Assembly: GCA_035696925.1 (NCBI GenBank)
Contig: DASSDW010000264.1
Location: forward strand, 1-48,272
From: Actinomycetota bacterium
Lineage (GTDB): Bacteria > Actinomycetota > UBA4738 > HRBIN12
Length of the DNA: 48,272 bases
Direction of reading: 5' to 3'
In this document: piece after piece, positions 44,084-48,272 of the stretch
How positions within the stretch are numbered: position 1 is the first letter of the stretch
Layout of the letters: each line of letters begins with the position of its first letter
Made by a program: the position numbers and the translations under genes
The notes under the pieces: generated by a model
Databases searched by the model: none
Told to the model about the DNA's origin: nothing
What the model saw: only the letters and a program-made list of their open reading frames with translations

Positions 44084-44617
44084 TCAACCGAGGAACGGCT
44101 CGAAGCCGACGACCACGTACCGGAAGCTCCCACCGGGCGCCTCCACGAGCACCTCCTGATCCTTCGACGCGCCCATCAGGGCCGTCCCGAGGGGAGACGA
44201 CGTCGTGACCGTTCGCGCCCCCGGGGCTCGCTCCTCGCCGTGCTCCGCCAGGAGGTACGTCTCCTCGTCCTCGTCGTCGAGCGAGCGGACGGTAACGAGC
44301 ATGTGCGGCATGATCGCGTCCGCTTCCGTCGGCGCCTCGACGATCTCCGGATCGCGGAGCGCCTCCTGGAGCCTGCGGATCTGTGATTCCATCAGGCCCT
44401 GCGCGTCTTTGGCCGCGTCGTACTCGGCGTTCTCCCGGATGTCCCCGTGCTCGCGCGCCACCTTGAGACGCTCCGCGATCCGCTCCCGCCCGTTCGTCAC
44501 GAGCTCCTCGAGCTCGGTCTTCAGCCGGGTGTAGGCCTCGAGCGTCAACAGCGCCGTCGGCTCCTGCCCGGCCTTGCGTTCGGGACGCGTCTTCAGTTCT
44601 TCCGGCAGTTCAGGCAT
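44084..44617 (-). CDS. greA: Transcription elongation factor GreA
   Basis: LTLEAYTRLKTELEELV...GDIRENAEYDAAKDAQG (coiled-coil finger with acidic tip) and a C-terminal FKBP-like SSPLGTALMG. It has the actinobacterial N-terminal extension. Confidence 0.9.
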   Translation of the reverse strand: MPELPEELKTRPERKAGQEPTALLTLEAYTRLKTELEELVTNGRERIAERLKVAREHGDIRENAEYDAAKDAQGLMESQIRRLQEALRDPEIVEAPTEADAIMPHMLVTVRSLDDEDEETYLLAEHGEERAPGARTVTTSSPLGTALMGASKDQEVLVEAPGGSFRYVVVGFEPFLG

Positions 44618-44756
44618 GGCGCGAGTCTACTGAAGGGCCCGCCGGCCTCTCCGGCCAGCCACGCTTCGCGTACGTATCGCCCGTCGAGACCGGCGGCGAT
44701 ATCCTCGGCCGCACCGGATCGGGCCACGAAGAGTGGCCAAGAAGCGGGAGGCATCG

Positions 44757-45536
44757 ATGGGACGTCTGGAAGGCAAGGTGGCGCTGATCACGGGGGGCGC
44801 GAGCGGGATGGGTCTGATCGCGGCCCAGCTCTTCGCGTCCGAAGGTGCCAAGGTCGTCCTGACCGACGTGACCGACGACGTCGGCGAGCAGGTCGCCGAG
44901 AAGATCCGCGCCGACGGCGGCGAAGCGACGTACGTGCATGCGGACGTGTCCCGCGAGGCAGACGCGGAGGCGATGGTGGCACGGGCCGTCGACTCGTACG
45001 GGGGTCTCACGGTCCTCTACAACAACGCGGGGGTGATGCTCGGCGACGACGGCTCGGTCCATTCGACCGACGAGTCCATCTGGGACACGACCCTCGCGGT
45101 CAACGTGAAAGGCGTCGCGCACGGTTGCAAGTACGGCATCCCGGCGATCATCGACTCCGGAGGTGGCTCGATCATCAACGTCGCCTCGTTCGTCGCATGG
45201 ATGGGGGCGGCGACGTCCCAGACCGCGTACACGGCATCGAAAGGAGCGGTGCTCGCGATGACGCGAGAGATCGCGGTCGAGTACGCGAGGAAGGGCGTGC
45301 GCTGCAACGCCTTGTGTCCCGGCCCGATCGACACTCCCCTGCTGGCCGAGCTCCTCTCGGACCCGGAGCGACGGCAACGTCGTTTCGTCCACATCCCGAT
45401 GGGTCGCCTGGGACGCGCGGAGGAGCTCGCGAACGCGGCCCTGTTCCTCGCGAGTGACGATTCCAGCTACATGACGGGCACGTCGCTCGTCGTCGACGGC
45501 GGGATCACTGCGGCGTACGTGACCCCCGAGGATTGA
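44757..45536 (+). CDS. SDR family oxidoreductase
   Basis: RBS GGGAGG. TGGASGMG (TGxxxGxG), NNAG, YTASK (YxxxK). Confidence 0.9.
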   Translation: MGRLEGKVALITGGASGMGLIAAQLFASEGAKVVLTDVTDDVGEQVAEKIRADGGEATYVHADVSREADAEAMVARAVDSYGGLTVLYNNAGVMLGDDGSVHSTDESIWDTTLAVNVKGVAHGCKYGIPAIIDSGGGSIINVASFVAWMGAATSQTAYTASKGAVLAMTREIAVEYARKGVRCNALCPGPIDTPLLAELLSDPERRQRRFVHIPMGRLGRAEELANAALFLASDDSSYMTGTSLVVDGGITAAYVTPED

Positions 45537-45540
45537 TCAC

Positions 45541-45834
45541 GTGCTTCGGAATCTCCTGGCCACTGGCCACACCTGGAGCGGTGGCGGCGGCGGGTTCAGT
45601 CTTATCCCCGTGTTCGGTGTGATCGTGTCGATCGCGCTCGCGCGCTCCGTCCTCGCGATCCGTCTCTCGATCCCCCTCGCCGCATCGAGCGTGTTCCTCG
45701 GCACCGTCTTCGCGATCGTCGCGGACATCGCCGGGCTCACGATCGCGACGTCGATGTGGTTCCTGAGTGCGGTCGGGATCGCATCCGTGATCCGACTGGG
45801 ACGAGGCTCGCTCCCCCGCAACACCTCAGATTGA
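45541..45834 (+). CDS. Small hydrophobic membrane protein (97 aa, about 3 TM); hypothetical
   Basis: The GTG start lies 5 nt after the SDR stop. GC3 is high, and there are three hydrophobic segments. No family recognised. Confidence 0.45.
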   Translation: MLRNLLATGHTWSGGGGGFSLIPVFGVIVSIALARSVLAIRLSIPLAASSVFLGTVFAIVADIAGLTIATSMWFLSAVGIASVIRLGRGSLPRNTSD

Positions 45835-45903
45835 CAGACGGTCCCCGACGGGGCTGAATACGTCGGTGACCCGCATCCGCGGGCGGGGAGGGGGGCATGA
45901 CCC

Positions 45904-47511
45904 GTGTCTGAGCGCCGCAAGCTCGGTTCGGTTGAGTACCGAGAGGTGAGCCAGGACTACTTCGACCAGCGAGGACTGAGACGACACGCCGGCGTGTTCG
46001 CGCTCTGGTCGCTTGGCGTCGCGGCCGTCATCTCGGGCGACTTCTTCGGGTGGAACTTCGGCCTCGGCGTCGGAGGCTTCGGGGGCCTACTGGTCGCGAC
46101 GGTCTTCATCACGGTGATGTACTACGGCCTCTGCTATTCGATCGCCGAGATGTCCCCGGCGCTGCCCCACACGGGAGGGGCGTACTCGTTCGCGCGATCC
46201 GCGATGGGCCCGTGGGGCGGATTCATCACCGGTCTCGCTGAGAACATGGAATACGTGATCACGCCCGCTGTGGTGGTGGTCTCGATCGGCGCCTACATGA
46301 GCGTGATCATGACGGAGCTGTTCGATCTCACGAGCACACCGTTCTGGAACACGCCTCCATTCTGGTGGGCGATCTTCTACCTCGTGTTCGTCGGACTGAA
46401 CATCGCCGGGATCGAAGCGACGATGCGTTTCACGATCATCATCAACATCATGGCGTTGTTGATCCTCGGGTTCTTCTTCGTGGCCGCCCTCACGAAGTTC
46501 GACGCCAGCCTCTTGTTCAACATCCCGGAGGGCGGAGGAGACTCCCTGCCGGACGGCGGTGGACCGTTCCTTCCGTTCGGGATCGGCGGGATCTTCAAAG
46601 CCTTACCGTTCGCGATCTGGTTCTACCTCGCGATCGAGGAGCTTCCGCTCGCCGCCGAGGAATCGATGGACCCGAAGCGGGACATCCCGCGGGCGACGAT
46701 CTGGGGCATGACCACGCTGGTCGTCACAGGCGTACTCGTGCTCGTTCTGAACCCCGGCGTCTCCGGCGCGAACGAGACGGGCGCGACGCTCGAGCCGCTG
46801 TTCCTGGGGTTCACGGCGATCTTCCCGAACGCGGACATCGCCGCCTTGCTCGCGCTGATCGCGGTCGTCGGCCTGGTCGCCAGCTTCTTCACGATTATCT
46901 TCGCGTACGGCCGGAACATCTTCTCGCTCTCGCGGGCCGGCTACTTCCCGCAGTGGTTGTCCGTGACCCACGGAGAGCGGAGGACGCCGCACGTCGCGCT
47001 CATCGTCGGTGCGGTGATCGGCTACATCCTCGCGTACGTCATCTACAAGTTCGGCTACGACGACGCGGGTGCGACGACGGGGTTGGGCGCAGCGCTGCTG
47101 ACGATGGCCGTCTTCGGCGCGGTGATCTCGTACGCGATGCAGTGCCTGTCGTTCATCGTGCTGCGGCGGAAGCTGCCGAACATCCAGCGGCCGTATCGAA
47201 GCCCGCTCGGCGAAGGCGGAGCCGCGGTCGCCGGTGTGATCGCGGTGATCGCGCTGATCTCGCTCTTCCTGATCCGCGATTATCGCTGGGGCGTGATCGG
47301 GACGCTGATCTGGTTCGTGCTCGGACTCGTGTACTTCGCGATCGCCGGACGGAACCGGCTCGTGCTCTCCCCGGAGGAGGAGTTCGCACTCACCTTGGGA
47401 GAGAAGGGCGTGCCAGGTGAGACGTACGGCACGAGCGAGGCCGACCAAGAGGCGATCCTGCGCGCCGGGGGGACGACGCCGCCGCCACCCTCGCCGCCCG
47501 CCTCCGGCTGA
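45904..47511 (+). CDS. APC superfamily permease, ethanolamine permease (Eat)-like
   Basis: YFDQRGLRRHAGVFALWSLGVAAVISGDFFGWNFGLGVGGFGGLLVA...AEMSPALPHTGGAYSFARSAMGPWGGF closely follows the pattern I recall for ethanolamine permeases. The C-terminus has a Pro-rich tail. Confidence 0.8.
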   Translation: MSERRKLGSVEYREVSQDYFDQRGLRRHAGVFALWSLGVAAVISGDFFGWNFGLGVGGFGGLLVATVFITVMYYGLCYSIAEMSPALPHTGGAYSFARSAMGPWGGFITGLAENMEYVITPAVVVVSIGAYMSVIMTELFDLTSTPFWNTPPFWWAIFYLVFVGLNIAGIEATMRFTIIINIMALLILGFFFVAALTKFDASLLFNIPEGGGDSLPDGGGPFLPFGIGGIFKALPFAIWFYLAIEELPLAAEESMDPKRDIPRATIWGMTTLVVTGVLVLVLNPGVSGANETGATLEPLFLGFTAIFPNADIAALLALIAVVGLVASFFTIIFAYGRNIFSLSRAGYFPQWLSVTHGERRTPHVALIVGAVIGYILAYVIYKFGYDDAGATTGLGAALLTMAVFGAVISYAMQCLSFIVLRRKLPNIQRPYRSPLGEGGAAVAGVIAVIALISLFLIRDYRWGVIGTLIWFVLGLVYFAIAGRNRLVLSPEEEFALTLGEKGVPGETYGTSEADQEAILRAGGTTPPPPSPPASG

Positions 47512-47531
47512 CAGAGATCGACGCGGTTCAC

Positions 47532-47564
47532 GAGGGGCGGTGGGCAACAGGCCCGCCGCCCCTC
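47532..47564 (+). other. Strong intercistronic stem-loop
   Basis: GAGGGGCGG-t-GGGC-aacag-GCCC-g-CCGCCCCTC (13 bp in total) between the permease stop (47511) and the next start (47583). No U-tract. Confidence 0.5.
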
Positions 47565-47582
47565 CTCATCCCAGGAGGTCAC

Positions 47583-48272
47583 GTGCAGCAGCAGGGCATG
47601 ATCGACGCGAAGCAGCTCGAGGAGCTCGCCGATGCCGGCGAGATCGACACCGTCCTGTGCATGTTCACGGACTTCCAGGGTCGGTTCGTCGGCAAGCGCA
47701 TCCTCCCGCACTTCTTCCTCGAGGACGTGATGGGAGAAGAAGGGCTCCACGCGTGCCTGTACCTGATCGCGATCGACATGGAGATGGAGCCGCTGCCCGG
47801 CTTCGAGTACGCGAGCTGGGAGACCGGCTACGGAGACTTCAAGATGATCCCGGACATGTCCACGATGCGGCTCGTCCCGTGGCTCGAGAAGACGGCGATG
47901 GTGATCTGCGACGTCGCGGACGAGCACACGAGCGAGCTGGTCGAGGTGGCGCCCCGCACGATCCTCCGCCGCCAGGCCGAGCGGGCCAAGGCCGCCGGCT
48001 ACACGTTCAAGACCGGATCGGAGCTCGAGTTCTATCTCTTCAAGGAGTCCTACGAAGAAGCAGCCGCGAAGCGCTACCAGGGCATCCAGCCGTCATCCCC
48101 GTACATCATGGACTACCACATGCTCGCGACCACCAAGGACGAGTGGCTGATCCGCCAGATCCGCAACGGGATGTTGGGGGCAGGGATCCCGATCGAGTTC
48201 TCGAAGGGCGAGTTCGGTCGTGGCCAACACGAGATCAACGTCACGTACGCGGACGCCCTGACGACCGCCGAC
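47583..48272 (+). CDS. Glutamine synthetase family protein (gamma-glutamyl-amine ligase, GlnA-like); 3' end cut by the window edge
   Basis: Absent from the ORF track because no stop is reached. AGGAGG lies 4 nt before the GTG at 47583, and the frame is open to the window end (230 codons). GS beta-grasp (VLCMFTDFQGRFVGKRI), SELEFYLF and KGEFGRGQHEINV motifs. Confidence 0.85.
   Translation, partial: MQQQGMIDAKQLEELADAGEIDTVLCMFTDFQGRFVGKRILPHFFLEDVMGEEGLHACLYLIAIDMEMEPLPGFEYASWETGYGDFKMIPDMSTMRLVPWLEKTAMVICDVADEHTSELVEVAPRTILRRQAERAKAAGYTFKTGSELEFYLFKESYEEAAAKRYQGIQPSSPYIMDYHMLATTKDEWLIRQIRNGMLGAGIPIEFSKGEFGRGQHEINVTYADALTTAD

Noticed and set aside
1-48272. CRISPR arrays, toxin-antitoxin pairs, restriction-modification or other known defence systems; IS elements or prophage
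   Set aside because: I saw no regularly spaced direct repeats and no Cas, transposase, integrase, capsid or terminase-like translations in any frame. The only methyltransferase is a small-molecule/Methyltransf_11 type with no DNA-MTase motifs.
1-48272. A selenoprotein gene (in-frame TGA) to go with the tRNA-Sec
   Set aside because: For each recognised gene, the family-length protein is obtained without reading through a TGA. I found no pair of same-frame ORFs separated by a single TGA with homology continuing across it. A systematic scan was not possible by eye.

Overview
A 48.3 kb high-GC segment (roughly 70% by eye, with strong GC3 bias in the real reading frames). It looks like a chromosome from the Actinomycetota: GTG/TTG starts are common, many gene junctions are ATGA/GTGA overlaps, lipoboxes have the L-x-A-C form, and there is a WS/DGAT, a SigB-like sigma factor and ArsR-SRPBCC modules. 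I call about 55 protein genes and one RNA gene, a tRNA-Sec with anticodon UCA. I saw no rRNA, CRISPR array, transposase, integrase, phage genes or recognisable defence system. All family assignments come from motifs read in the supplied translations. No database search was run.

Gene content is a mix of housekeeping (greA, mutY, sigma factor, AlaX-type editing protein, PlsC-like acyltransferase), envelope functions (M15 peptidase, two SGNH proteins, MBOAT, CDP-alcohol phosphatidyltransferase), metal homeostasis (ABC-3 importer plus Fur/Zur with a Zur-box palindrome) and small-molecule metabolism.

The candidates most worth a second look:
1. A MoaD/ThiS-like beta-grasp protein translationally coupled to a cytoplasmic BNR/Asp-box propeller. 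It sits at the end of an ArsR/SRPBCC operon that has a near-consensus promoter and two palindromic operators.
2. A 1141-aa polytopic protein that fuses a GT-C-like membrane domain to an MFS transporter, directly downstream of the zur operon.
3. A secreted cupredoxin + NosD-like beta-helix + PLDc_N fusion with no nos genes nearby.
4. An orphan tRNA-Sec with no sel genes or visible selenoprotein gene in the window.
5. A peptidase - PAS histidine kinase - MFS operon with no response regulator.

Many long ORFs in the six-frame track are antisense or out-of-frame artefacts of the high GC content and were rejected.
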